Shown: in pieces, positions 13,701-24,528 of the stretch
Layout of the letters: each line of letters starts with the position of its first letter
How positions within the stretch are numbered: position 1 is the stretch's first letter
Assembly: GCA_973895155.1 (NCBI GenBank)
Contig: OZ316897.1
Span: 21,239,355 to 21,303,354 of the forward strand
From: Marsupella aquatica
Taxonomy: Eukaryota > Plantae > Marchantiophyta
DNA length: 64,000 nucleotides
Direction of reading: 5' to 3'
The notes under the pieces: generated by a model
What the model was told of the DNA's origin: nothing
Seen by the model: only the letters and a program-made list of their open reading frames with translations
Database searches by the model: none
Made by a program: the position numbers and the translations under genes

Positions 13701-14093
13701 AGCCTCACCCTTGAACAGGCCGGGAAGAATCTGCATCTTGATGGCCGATTCTCCATTTGCTGCAGCGGTTCCCTCGAAATCATCCAACCATTCATCCGGA
13801 TCCTCATCTCCTCTCCCATGAAATGCCTTGTAATGTATGCGCGACCGCTGGCTCAATCTGGTCCCTGGCCTCTCGTCTGGCCGTGCCTCTGGTTCCCCCA
13901 TGTCGGTTGGAGACTCACTTCTCCTTACCGACTCTTCTTCTGGTATGTCTTCTTCGACGCCACTTCCAGTTTCGGAGCTACCAGCTCTTTCTGCCCCTCT
14001 CAGTCGCTGTGTATCATGCCACCCGGCGAGCTGCTGCAGTCGAGCTCTCTCCCGTTGAATCACTCTTTCTTCCCTTGGCGTAAGGTCAGTCAT
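10782..14093 (-). pseudogene. gag: Element A gag and protease
   Basis: Capsid-like DPDEWLDDF...GEARPWY; Cys/His knuckles CALCYKTGHHKDAC, CYNCGQPGHFAREC, CMGCRQEGHMLGQC; protease IDGGSGV. In-frame TGA at 13620-13622, plus a frameshift and stop near 11050-11170. Confidence 0.92.
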
Positions 14094-14137
14094 TACCTAC
14101 GCTTCCGTTCTAACTTCATATCTCACGGCTTAAGAAA

Positions 14138-14158
14138 TGCCCCCTCCATCTAGCGCCA
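14138..14158 (-). promoter_or_regulatory. PBS of element A, tRNA-Asn type
   Basis: TGGCGCTAGATGGAGGGGGCA, 4 nt from the LTR end. It matches the recalled plant tRNA-Asn(GUU) 3' end (..CCCTCCTTCTAGCG-CCA) with one mismatch. The identical 21-mer occurs in element B. Confidence 0.8.
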
Positions 14159-14162
14159 AAAA

Positions 14163-14431
14163 TGTGGTGCGTCCCATGGCTCCCTAAACCCAAGAAACCC
14201 CCCAGCTCAAGCCGATTCCCGCAGGTTTTGTGCTTGGCGAGGCCGTTTCCGCGGCTTAGCGGCATGGGACGCTGCTAACCTTCTACTACTACTATTAACA
14301 TTTTACACACATATACTGGACAGATCCTTCATCGGGTCATGAGATACGTAGCCGGCCTAATATAGGCCTTCCCCTGTCTTCCCCTGTCTTCCTGTTAGGT
14401 ATGTTTGGATTCCGCCGCCGGAATGATCCCC
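14163..14431 (-). repeat. PBS-proximal (U5) end of the element A 5' LTR, cut by insertion of element B
   Basis: Matches 664-932 with one substitution; diverges exactly at the TG that starts B. Confidence 0.93.
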
Positions 14432-15329
14432 TGTCACGTCGTAGGCTTCGGCTTTAACTCAGACTTCAGCTTAGACGGGCACATCCCTCGTAAATCTGAG
14501 GGTTCGGGCAGGAAGGGAAGCACGTAATGCACCTTATTCTAGTAAACTAGCGCTAAGTGCGCATACTGCTAAATACGGACACCTCCTAGGTATGGTTTGT
14601 GTTCCGCCGCCGGAACGTACCTTAGTCGATAGCAGGATCGACCCCAGCTTAAGGGCTTCTAAGCCTTTGTGCTGTCCGCCTTCGATCCGGATTCGATGAT
14701 ACAGGTCCTCAACCCGTGCTCGCAACCACTTACCCGCAGGCTGCACCTTGTGCACGTCTCGGGTAGTGCGTTCGGCCCGGCGCTGCCACCCATATACGAG
14801 AAACCCACACACATATGCGCACACATGCATACAATCTCGATTTACACGAAGGAAAAATGATGGGAAAGGATTTTTACTACAAAGGGAACATATGCGTACA
14901 CTTAGTTGACACGACAGCCCTGGAATGCACAGGTTCAAGGCCAAGGGTGCACACTACAACGGAGCCCGGCTCCGCACTCGCCCGACAAGCTCAGTCCTAC
15001 CCCCTCCCCTTGGTACTCTGTCATTCCCAGAGGTCGGGACTCCCCGCATGTCCCGCGGATGTCCGACTCTGAAACTAAAAACCCCCCTGCCTCTACCGAG
15101 GGGTGCACTAAATACTAAGAGCCGAGGAACGGGGTGTCCTCCCGCCGAAGATTCACTGACCAAGGTCCTAACTAAGCTGACAGTCAGGCCGGAAAACGGC
15201 TGTGTCTTATTAGAAGATCCTAATCTACGCAGGCTGGACAGCAGGGCAGCGCTGCCGTACCTAAGGCAGGTGCCTGCCCCAAGAGCCTGACCAAGCCAAT
15301 CCTAATCCTAATCTATTCCTACTCCGCCG

Positions 15330-17972
15330 CTAATGCCTGGCACGCTTGCCAGAGCCGCCCGAATGGGAACGGCCATCCCGCTGCCTTCGAAGCCTGTCAT
15401 TGTCCGCTTTGAGGAGCTGGACCTGGTCCAGCAGAGATTCGTTCTCTCGCCTCGCCGCGTCCGTCTCCTCCGCTGCCTCCTGACATGCCTCCTCCAGCTG
15501 CTGGGCGTCGCTCGCCAGTTTACTCGCCAGCTGGTCCTGCTTCTCGGCCTCGGTTTGGAGCCGTGCCATCTCGGCCTGCAGTGTGGCTATCTCCATCGCG
15601 TCCCGCTGGGCTCGCTCCTCGGCCTCCTCCAGGTCTTTCTGCCAGGTGACAGCTTGTTTCTTCAAACTGTCAATCTGGTTCCGGAGGCGTGTAATCTCGG
15701 CCTCGTTCCCAGCTTTGGCCTGTTCGGCTAGGGCGGTAAGAGCGTACGCCTTTGCTAACAACTCATCGGCGGCTGCAACCTTGGGTCGTAGTTGTAGAAG
15801 CTCAGCCTCTTGAGCCGCCACTTCGTTCTTTAGGTACACGGACTCCACCCGGTACCGCTCTATCCTCTGAAGGGCCTCCGACTGGGCCCGCCCTGCCTTT
15901 ACGGCGGCAACCAACTCCTGATTGAAGAAACAGGCTACCTTCCGAGTCATGAACTCCCCGGTATCCCGGGCAATTTGATGAGAGAAATCCCCCAGAAGCC
16001 CGTTCAGAAACGTACCCTGTACGAAGAGTTCCGGGTGGTCCAAGTTGTGCCTGTCCGGATTTGGGCACGGGCAGACATCAACAGGCGCAGGGGCCGGGGT
16101 AGTGACGTCCAGCCCTGGGGACATAACGTTGGAAGGGGCCGGAGTATCCTCCTGCAGCGATGTCCGGTTCTCCGGAATTGCCACCGGCGGGTCCTTGGGA
16201 GACCCGGGTTCGGGTAAGACCTCTGCCGTACCAACTTCTGTACTTAGCCCGGCTAGTTGGGTCGCATCAACGGTTGCGACGACCGACCCCTCCGGCGCCT
16301 CCTCGGTTACGATTACAGCTATTTGTGGAGGTGGGGTGGGTGAAGCTGGCGTGTCCACTGGACTTCGGGCCTCGGGTTGGGGCCGTCTCTCCAATGCCGG
16401 AAAAACCCACCTAGCTGGGACCAGCTTTGTAACGTTGATGCGGGGAAGGGTTCGTCGATCAAACCGGGCATACCACTCAAGAATGATTTCGATGTGGCTA
16501 GCGAAATACGCCTTCCCGCCAATGTACAGCGTCTTCCTTCGCCGCTCCATCTCTTCATGGAATTTCTTAGCGAAGTACGATGCCCACTTCCTAGGTCGAT
16601 AGTTCTCGACCTGGATGACCTGGGCGGCGGAGATCTCCCCCCGGGGTTCCATCAAGTGGAGAGCGTACCTCTGGAACTCCAGCCGCTCAGCTATCTCGGG
16701 CATGAGGCAGGTCCTCATCACGAACCCGTTGTCTACTGATCCCTCTGAGGGAAAACTTGAAGATTGGTACTTGGCCCCCTTGCCCCCGGGAGCCCGTGAT
16801 TCAACTCGATGGTCACCTTCGGGTAACCCGAAGATCATCTTGAGCCGTTCTTCTGTGAGGGACATATTCCTTCCCCGCAGCCGAGTCTGTTGACGTACGT
16901 CGTCATAATTCTTGACGAATTCTGTCATGTCCTCCCCGTAGTACCTGCAAGTGTTCCAGGGGAGAGAGGCGAGGTGCTCAAATCCCTGAGTCTTCAGGTA
17001 CACCGCATGCTTGGGATGGAGGATGTTGCTGTGAACGTTTTCCCCCATGCGATGCATCATTACCTTGGCTACGGCTACCGTGGCCAACGGTAACCCGGAT
17101 GCACTGGCGGATTCCTTTCTCTTCTTTCCCCGTGACTGACTCGGGGAAGGTGATACTTCCCCATCCTCCCGATCGGGCCTGGGGAGTGCCACTGCGGTTG
17201 GTAACGGGCCCGGGGCGGCCACGGTCACCATGTTGTCTGCTGGGGCCGCTCCTGGGGTCAGAGTAGGGGGTGGGGACGGTATAGTGTCGGCCCCCCGAGC
17301 GCTTGTTCCTCTGGGCCGCCTGGTCAAGGGTGGGGTAGCCTCGTCGTCATCGCTAAGATCTACAGCGTTGATGACGGAGCGTACCTGTGCTGGCTGGGTG
17401 ATAGGTGGTGGGGTTTGGCTAGGCTGTGGCTGAGGCTGAAGCTGAAGCTGAGGTTGCATGGGCACGGGTACAGGTACGGGTACGGGTACGGGTGAGTTGG
17501 TCATGTTGGTTGATGGCCGAGTTCCCATGAAGCTCTGTAGGTGCTAGTAGAAGTTCTCCGAAGCGAGTGCGGACGCCCTTGTCGAACGGTTGGTACTGGA
17601 CTCGCCGTTAATGACTGCCCGAACCTGGGCAGGGATGTGGTCGAAGTGATGTCGCTGCAGGTCGATTTTACCCGGGATATTGAAGACCTCGTCCGGAAGC
17701 CGAAGCAATGCTTCCCAGAACCCGATATATTTGTCTCCGTCAAAGAAGTACCCAGATACCTCAGCTGGTCGGTAAAGCTCGCTCTGAGACGGGTAGTCAA
17801 AGTTAAGGACGTAGTGGTGTCGTCCTGCTAGGCGGATGGCTCTCTCGTATTCGCGTTCGATCTCGTATCGGTGCGGGTTGGCGTGTTTCAATGAATCGGC
17901 CAAGTGCCTTCCGGTAGATAGGAACTGCGTCCAGAATCGAATGGCCGAGCTGGAGAGGATCGTGTGCGACAT
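15330..17972 (-). CDS. LTR-encoded accessory protein of element B (~880 codons; 142-aa and 732-aa ORFs in the same frame separated by one TAG at 17544-17546)
   Basis: 17972-17528 = 444 nt, so both ORFs are in frame. Both parts align by eye with the A LTR protein. Features: basic patch RGKKRKE, conserved domain (GFEHLASLPW..EFVKNY..LRGRNMSLT..IFGLPEG..NGF), coiled coil, terminal GKRARH. Confidence 0.85.
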
Positions 17973-18069
17973 TCAGAGGAGATAGTAGTGGCGACCTAGA
18001 GAGAACGAGAGAGCTGGGGTCGAAGCTGGCGCGCGGACTGATGGACTGGTGCACTACAAAGGGTTGGCT

Positions 18070-18080
18070 CCCCTTTTATA
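18070..18080 (-). promoter_or_regulatory. Candidate TATA box for the element B LTR gene
   Basis: TATAAAAGGGG on the minus strand about 100 nt upstream of ATG 17972, followed by a CT-rich leader-like tract. Confidence 0.5.
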
Positions 18081-18405
18081 CTTTGAGGGCTTGTCGATCC
18101 CCGACGTCTCCTCGACGCCCATAGGTTGGACCGCTCACGCTTGTGGTGTACCGGCCACTCCGCCGGTCTGAGTCAGCGTGCGTCAGTGGCCGCTTCCTTA
18201 AGTTCGTTATACGGACCCGAGGGAGGGGCCCCTCCATGCTCATAACCCAGGTGTGCGAATAGCGACCCGCCGCCAGCCCGAACCTGAAGTCCCCCTTATT
18301 GCCTAATGATGTCCTACCCCTAATGATTACCTTAATACTATCGTTATGCTAATAATAGCGGCCTAAGACCCACCTAACGCACGTGCCGAGCGCAGTTAGA
18401 CTGAA

Positions 18406-21400
18406 TCACTCATTAACCGCCGTACCGGCGGTGTCACATAGCTCCCTGCTTAATTGTGAAGCGTCCTCGCGAACATCGCTATCGGCGTCGTCATCTTGAT
18501 GGTGGTACTTTTTTACACGATCGTAGCTGATTCGCGTGGGGAGTAAATCGCCGGCATACGTCGCAAGCTCCAAAGATCCGTTTCGGTAGATCTGATTGAC
18601 AAGGAAGGGCCCCAACCACCGGGTATGCAGCTTCCCTGGAAACTGCATGTACCTACTATCGTACAGAAGGACTAGATCGCCTGCCACGACATCGACCCTC
18701 CGTAGTCCTTTGTCGTGCTGCTTCTTCGAAGTTGCCTGTTGCTTCACGGTGTGTCGAGTTGCCAGTAGCCGTGCTTCTTCCAAGGCTTCAATCTGATAAG
18801 CTCGGTCTGACAGACTTTCAGATTCAGGTAAGCGATCCCGAATGCTGACCCGTGGAGTGTGCACTTCAAATTCGACGGGCACCAACGAATGTTGGCCGAA
18901 CACCAGAAAGTACGGGCTATGACTCGTAGTAGTTTTGTAAGCTAGATTATACGAGTACACCGCCGCGTACAACTTATCATCCCAATCCGTTTTGTGCGCA
19001 GCTACAGTTTTGTTGAGGATCTTCCCAATGATACCATTTGCTCTCTCCGCCATCCCGTTGGCTTTAGGATGATATGGGGTAGTCTTGCGGTGCTTGACTA
19101 GGTAACGCTCCGTAAGCTGGGCTACGGTGTCATTGAGGAAGTGGGTTCCACGGTCGCTTACCAATTCTAAGGGCGGTCCGAATCGGGTGAAAATCTGTTC
19201 GTATAAGAATCTGGCACTGGTTGCGGCGTCGTCCTTTACCGTAGCCCGCGCTTCGACCCATTTGGTGGAGTAATCAATAGCTAATAGGATGTATCTGCAC
19301 CTTCGCCTTCGGGTAACGGGAGTGAACGGTCCGATATAATCAATTCCCCATTTTTCGAATGGTGCCAATGGAAGCACAGATGTGAGCGGGTGATGATGAG
19401 CCCGCCTCGGGGCCCCCGCTCGCTGACACAAGTCACAGCCCTTAATGAAGCGCTGTACATCCCGATGCAACGTAGGCCACCAATACCCCGAGTCCAGAAT
19501 CTTTCGGGCTGTCGTAACTACCGCGAAATGGCCTCCAGCTTCTTCTTCATGCAGGGCCCGTATCACGATAAGTGTCTCGTTATACTCTAAGCAGCGTCGT
19601 AACTTTCCGTTAATACCTTCCTTATGTAGGTGACCCTGTATCATGACGTAAGGCCCGGCTTTCCGTAAAAACACAGCGGCGGCCTCCTGATTGATGCCGT
19701 CAGGGATGCGGCCCGTTAAAAGGAAGGTGATTATTGAGCCGTACCACGTTGGTGTCCCTTCCCCTACGTGGAACAACTCCTCATCCGGAAAAATATCATC
19801 AATTGGCTGATCGACTGGTACACCGTCCAGTCGTGAAAAGAAATCGGCATTGAGGTGTACCCTTCCTGGCCGAACCCGAACTTCGTAATTAAATTCCTGG
19901 AGAAGTAGCACCCACCGGGCTATCCGTCCTGTCACATCCGCTTTGTTGACCATGTACTTCAGGCTATCATGATCCGTGTGGAAAATGACCTTGTAGCCTA
20001 GCAGATAGTGTCGGAACTTTTTACACGAGTAGATTATTCCCAAAGCTTCTCGATCAGTGGGGGAATAATTCTTTTCGGCTGCAAATAGTTGACGGCTAGC
20101 GAAATAGATGGGGTGATCACGTCCATCCTCATCTAGCTGACTAAGTACGGATCCGATACAGAACCATGACACATCAACATACACGTGGAACTCCTTATTC
20201 CAGTCTGGGGTGACCATGATAGGCGCGGTGGTGAGTCGTTTACGGAGTTCCTCAAAAGCAATCCGTCTCCGGGGTGTTTCCTCGACCGCTGCGTCCTTCT
20301 TCATCATCTCAGTTAAGGGCAACGCAATTTTAGCAAAGTCTTTAATGAACCGGCGGTAATACCCTACGCAGCCCAAGAAGGATCGTACTGCTTTTTGATC
20401 CAAGGGGAACACCACCGCCATCCAGGCCGCAACTTTCTCTTGGTCCACCTCAATGCCCCGTTTGGACACACGATGCCCGAGTAACACCCCCTCCTCTACC
20501 CCGAAGAAGCATTTGGCGGGATGTAGTTTGAGGTTAACATCTCGGCATCGTTGCAACGTTCGTCGTAGGTGTTCGGGGTGCATGGCAACGGTTCCGAAGA
20601 TGGCAAAGTCATCGATAAATATCTCCAAAAATTCCCGTAGGAAATCGTGGAAGATATTCATCATAAGGCGCTGAAACATAGCCGGGGCGTTACACAGACC
20701 AAAAGGCATCCTCCGAAATGTGAACGTTCCCCACTCCGTAGTGAACGTTGTTTTGAGCTGATCCGCGAGACGAATCCAGATTTGGTTATAACCTGAATAC
20801 CCGTCAAGAAATGTATAGATTTCATTTCGGGCCACCATATCTAGAACCATATCCGTGAATGGTAATGGGTAATGGTCTTTTCGGGTTGCGTCATTCAGCT
20901 TACGGTAGTCCTGACAGATACGAATCTTAGGTTTTCCATCCGTACCTCCCTTCTTTGGTACAATGACAATGGGAGAGACCCAGTCGCTGGCCATTACCGG
21001 GTAAATGATATCGGCGGCGAGGAGACGATCAATTTCCTCCTTCACTAAGATGGAGTACCTCGGATTCATGCGACGTTGTCGCTGTCGTACCGCATGGGCT
21101 CCTAGGTTCAGATCGATTGTGTGTTCTCCCAACTCGGGGGAGACGCCTGTTAAATCATGATGACTCCATGCAAACACATCTTCATATTCCTTGAGCAAAG
21201 CTTGGATGGCTTTTTCAGCCTTCCCCGTCAAAGCGTGGCCCAGGTTAAAAGATTTGTCCATCCCAATAGTGTACTTCCGGTAGTGCTCCTTCCTGATGAC
21301 TTCAACCTGGTTTCGCAGACTCGGGTCCAGGCTCGCGTCAAGCTCAGCTAACCGAACCCCTCCGTACATGGGTGGGACCGGGATTGGTCTCGGGATGGGG

Positions 21401-24400
21401 TTTACTTCCTCCAATTGCGGAATGGACGGATCCCATGAGACTCGCTTTTTATGTCTCGGTCTCGAGTTTTCGGCCTCAGGCGGTTGTTGGGCTGGTTCAT
21501 GGTTACAAGGCTCTGAAATGGAAGGAGTAGCCACGGCTCCCTGCTTGGCTGGAGCCGTGTCCTCCGTCTCGACGAGTTGTTCGTGCGTTTCCTCATCCCC
21601 GACAGTAGATGTACTTGGGGTGGACTCAATGGCAGCCCTCGGGTAATTTAGGAGATGTGTTTCTCGGGTTGCTTCAACTCCGAAGACATCTTCCTCGGAT
21701 AGGGACGAGATGAGTTCGATCATATTGAGTTCCTCTTCCTCCGAGGTCTCCGAATCATATTCCTCGGGTCCTTGTGGGGTTTCTCCCTGATAATCGTCCA
21801 TTGCCCAGGATACCCGTACGGTGGGTTCCCCGAACCGTAGCTCCTTCTTTCCCCAATCCGTGACTACACGGCCACCGTACAGCCACGGCCTGCCCAGAAG
21901 AACCGGATAAGAGGAGGGACGAACCGGCCTCATGACTAAGAAGTTGAGATAGAACTCTACCCCTCCCACCAGAGTGAGCACTCGTGTGAGCGTGCCTAAT
22001 GGGAGGACCCTTGCCCCGTTTGCTAATCTGATAGCTCGGGCCGTGGGTTGATACGTGAGGTATCCTAACTTGACTGACGTTTCTTCAGTCATGATGTTGA
22101 CTCCCGCTCCTCCGTCTACAAGGACCATCTTGATGGTACAGTTATTAATTTCGATCGAGATGTCCGATGCTCCAAGGTCCTCGCATATCATGTTGCAGTC
22201 CGCACTCCCAACTCGGGGTAGTCTTCTCCTTCGGCGACCCATGAGCAACTCCCTCAGTTGTCGTCTGTACTGTGGGTTGTTCTGCAGCAGTTGCCCCACC
22301 GTCGCTGTAACCGGGCAACTCTTCACGTCCTCCTTAATATCATAGTCCTCCTTTGTTTCTTTCGTTGGCTGCTGCTTGGCTTCCTCTTGTTTATCTTGCT
22401 TTTCTTGCTCCTGATGCCGGGCTGTCTCGGCTGCTTTGATGTCCTTATCGATTGCCTTCTGGTATTCCCGAGCTTCGTAAGCCTCCAGCTGTTTCTTTAC
22501 CAATTCTTCGATGCGGGGGAAAAATAGCTTCGGGTCGTCCCGTCGGTAGTCATCGTCCTTTTCCGGGGGTATATTTATCGCTGGCTGCACTGGAGTAGTA
22601 TCTTGCTTTTTCCTCCTTTTCTCCTCCGTCTTTTCTTCCTTCCGTTCGGCCCTTGTCGACACTCGGTAGCACTCGGCCTCATCCAATGGATTAGGGTGTT
22701 CCGCCACGTCCACCAGATTCACCCACTCGGTGTTGTCATCTTGCCATTCTACAACAATCATTTGGACGACTGCATCGCTCGTGACTGGTCCAGCCTGGGC
22801 CGGTCTAGCCGCACTCGTTCGAGCAGCGATTACCAACGGACAGTTGGCCGTGGAATGAGCCTCCGTTTTGCAAACTTGACATAGTGGGGTGCCTCGGCCA
22901 TCTCCCTGACGTCTTGGTTCGGTGCATTCCCTTGCAAAGTGTCCTGGCTTTTCACAGTTGTAACAAACCGAGGACCGCCAAATCCCTGGCTTAGGAGGGA
23001 TGCTCGGGTTACTGATAACCTGGAAACTCCGGCCATTACTTGGGTAGGGGTACGCAGTTCTACCCGCTAAATTACGCGGACCAACCGTTGAAATCTGGTA
23101 CACGGAATCAGGAGGGTCCTCAAAGAAATACTCCGTGGACTCCGATTCGGGGCCCGGGTTGTCAACATCATCCAGCTCTACTTGGTGAACTCGGTTCTTC
23201 CACCTTGGGCATTCCTGCACCACATGGCCGGATTGGAAGCACTTTGAACACCACGCATGGGCTCGAATCTCAGATGGCTTCTTCTTCTCCACCGGCTTCT
23301 CCGCAAGATGTACTGACAGTGCTTTGAGTCGATCCGTGATTTCGTTCAGCTTGTTTGCTTCGGCAGCCTTTGGATCTGGTATCGTTCTTCGCGCCCGGGG
23401 TTTAATCTTCCCCTCCTTCTTCACTCGTCTCTTCTTCTTTTTGCTCCGGCTTTCGCTCTCCAAGTCACTTCCTGATGAACTGGAGGTAGAGGATCCGATG
23501 CTTGAAGCTGAATCCGAACTGGATTCCGTCTCGGAGCTGGACGAGGTCGAACGATGTTTCTTCTTCTTCTTCCGTTTCTTCTTCCTCTCGTCGTCCGATT
23601 CGGAGTCACTGTCACTGAAGGTTTCGTACTTACCCTTCCTGCGGCGTGCTCACTGGCTCCACCGGGAGTTATAGGTGGACTCCCGGTAAGTTTCGGCGCA
23701 CGCTATGGCCGCCTGCATTGAAATTGGATTATTCTGGCGTACCCAGAATTGCATATTCGTGGGCAAACCATGAAGGAACCATGTAAGCTGGAGCGCGTCT
23801 CCTGGCCTGGGCCGGATCTTGGCTGCAAGTTTCTGAAACTTCTGAATGAACTTCCGCAGGGACTCTTTTTTTCCCATGCAAAGCTGGCCAATCTTTAATA
23901 GAGAACGTTGTTCTGATCCAATGGCACGAAACTCCTGCAGCAATGCAGCTTGGAATTGTGCCCAGGTAGTCCCGGGTGGTAACGAGTTGTACCATGGACG
24001 AGCTTCTCCCCGCATTACTCCCGGGAGGACGGTTAGCTTAATGGCGTCTTCCCCATTAGCTTTAGCAGTGGCTTCAAACTCATCCAACCATTCATCCGGA
24101 TCATCCCCATGACGTCCTTTGAAAGGTCGATAATGAAATCGCGATCATTGCGATATTTGTGGAGGCGCCTGAGCAGCGCGGGCCACCGGTGGAGCGGCTG
24201 CCATAGGTGGTGGTGGTGGTGGTGGTGGTGGTGGAACCGCAGCAGGGCCGGTCGAACCGGACCTCGAAGATCTCGGGGGTATGTTCATACGTCGGGACGA
24301 TTGCGAGTCCTCCGAGCCCGACGAGTCGGAGCTTGTTGTGGTTGCACTTTCCCGTTCGCTGGTCAATCTCCTCAAGTAAGCTGCTTGAGAACGAGTGACG

Positions 24401-24405
24401 GGCAT
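18406..24405 (-). pseudogene. gag-pol: Element B gag-pol, single frame with two premature TGA stops
   Basis: ORFs 24145-24405, 23650-24087 and 18406-23463 share a frame; stops at 24145-24147 and 23650-23652. Three Cys/His knuckles, VDGGAGV protease, RT, RH and a complete integrase with GPF motif; no chromodomain. Confidence 0.94.
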
Positions 24406-24495
24406 TTACTCATATAAATGCAATGGTTAGTACTACGTCCTGATGTATCCTGCCTAGGTGAATACACACATGTCTCCCCTCTACGATATGTAGAG

Positions 24496-24516
24496 TGCCC
24501 CCTCCATCTAGCGCCA
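24496..24516 (-). promoter_or_regulatory. PBS of element B, tRNA-Asn type
   Basis: TGGCGCTAGATGGAGGGGGCA, separated from the LTR end (24529) by 12 nt. Confidence 0.8.
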
Positions 24517-24528
24517 AAACAAAGGCTA

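Larger units (their letters stand above)
14432..18438 (-). repeat. 3' LTR of element B (~4.0 kb; inner boundary inferred)
   Basis: Outer end is fixed by the A junction and at least 2245 bp are duplicated. The inner end is placed at minus-strand AAGCAGGGAGCTA|TGTGACACC, which resembles the A LTR start TGTGATGCC; both are followed by CGGTTAA. It cannot be confirmed by a second copy. Confidence 0.65.

Noticed and set aside
14994-15010. Purine tract (minus AGGGGAGGGGGTAGGAC then TG) as the B PPT, giving a 562-bp LTR
   Set aside because: The duplication continues about 1.7 kb past this point upstream of the PBS, and A shows the long-LTR design. Kept only as the alternative to test.
15330-17972. 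Calling the LTR protein an envelope glycoprotein
   Set aside because: No signal peptide or transmembrane stretch; basic NLS-like motifs and a coiled coil instead.
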